DNA from: Rhodococcus sp. (in: high G+C Gram-positive bacteria)
Lineage (GTDB): Bacteria > Actinomycetota > Actinomycetes > Mycobacteriales > Mycobacteriaceae
DNA: 64,000 nucleotides
Direction: 5' to 3'
Assembly: GCA_023264675.1 (NCBI GenBank)
Contig: JAHFVG010000019.1
Coordinates: forward strand, 6,097-70,096
Made by a program: the position numbers and the translations under genes. Shown one piece after another: positions 63,306-64,000 of the stretch (positions are counted from its first letter, which is position 1; every line of letters begins with the position of its first letter). Under the pieces are notes generated by a model that was given only the letters and a program-made list of their open reading frames with translations, had not been told where the DNA came from and searched no databases.

Positions 63306-64000
63306 TCACGAATCCTCCTTCTTTCCGCGTGGCAGAGGCGATTCCATGACACCGACAGCAACCAAACCGATCACGGAGCCGCCCACGAGTGCCGCCGCGA
63401 GCACCGATACCGGAAACCAGAACGCGGAAAATGTGTGAACGGCAGCATATCCCGCTCCGGTCCACACCGCCGTGATCACCACGAGCGCCACGATCGACCG
63501 AACCGGCAACAAGCCGGACATCGGCATACTCCGAGCGATGACGATCCACAGCAGTACGACGGTCGTGCCGATCGTTGCCACAGTGGATATCGCTGCCCCG
63601 TTGTAGGACATGCGTGGAATGAGAATCACATTGAGCCCGACATTCAAGGCGAGCCCGAGCAGAGCGACCACCGGGTAGTGCCGTTGCATGCCTGCCGAGG
63701 CGAGCATGAAGATTCCGAGAAGCACCAGCGACATCAACGCCGCCCCGAGGACGAGCAGTCGAGCCGCGTTCGCGCCCTCCACGAAACGTTCGCCGTAGAG
63801 CAACCGAATCAATGGCTCGGCGGACGGCCAGAACGCCGCGACTGCCATGGCGCCGAACACGGCGAACAGTGTCGCTGCCGAACGGGATCGGGACCGGAAC
63901 GTCTCGAGATCGTGCGGCCACGATGCAATCAGCAGCGTGCTCACCGGCGCCACGGCGGCAAGAGCGAACGTATCCATCATGTCCGAGAACTTGTAGCCGA
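63306..64000 (-). CDS. Polysaccharide flippase (Wzx); 3' part only, starts beyond the window
   Basis: The frame is open to the window edge (GYKFSDMM...); multiple TM helices, LLYGERF, LNVILIP..SYNGAAIST. Confidence 0.82.
   Translation of the reverse strand, partial: GYKFSDMMDTFALAAVAPVSTLLIASWPHDLETFRSRSRSAATLFAVFGAMAVAAFWPSAEPLIRLLYGERFVEGANAARLLVLGAALMSLVLLGIFMLASAGMQRHYPVVALLGLALNVGLNVILIPRMSYNGAAISTVATIGTTVVLLWIVIARSMPMSGLLPVRSIVALVVITAVWTGAGYAAVHTFSAFWFPVSVLAAALVGGSVIGLVAVGVMESPLPRGKKEDS

Noticed and set aside
1-64000. Mobile elements, prophage, tRNA/rRNA, toxin-antitoxin or defence systems
   Set aside because: No transposase, integrase, phage, cas, restriction or structural RNA signatures were recognised in any frame.

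Overview
GC-rich actinobacterial chromosomal segment, most consistent with Rhodococcus or a close relative (inferred from gene content and protein style, not from a marker gene). It is densely coding and accessory-metabolic. I found no rRNA, tRNA, CRISPR array, integrase or transposase. From left to right: (1) a phosphonate region made of an HpnZ-like alcohol dehydrogenase (partial, absent from the ORF track), phnECD, a TIGR03364-like FAD oxidoreductase, a PhnF-like GntR and a PhnX-like HAD, followed by a dctA-lysR-phnA operon; (2) several TetR/oxidoreductase modules with visible operators, a flavin monooxygenase resembling tetracycline destructases, and a secreted lipase; (3) a divergent cluster of a deaminase, two 2OG-Fe(II) oxygenases, an NMT1-like ABC transporter and a GntR, probably acting on a modified nucleobase; (4) a ferric-reductase/FMN-binding/ApbE flavinylation module, an LLM oxidoreductase, VIT1, a Ser/Thr kinase, an EAL protein and an amidase; (5) an alpha/beta-hydrolase preceded by an unannotated leader peptide and mutually exclusive RNA hairpins; (6) moeA, a GGCT and a membrane Mo-oxidoreductase; (7) a thiocyanate hydrolase operon with a naturally fused beta-alpha subunit; (8) a complete L-rhamnose catabolic operon with lldD, a proteobacterial-type dapA, and an RsbQ/RsbP-like pair; (9) the end of an exopolysaccharide locus containing an HxxxDG acyltransferase and a lipase. 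Where RBS or homology evidence supported it, start codons were moved downstream of the ORF-track starts. All family assignments come from motif recognition and remembered sequences; no database searches were run.
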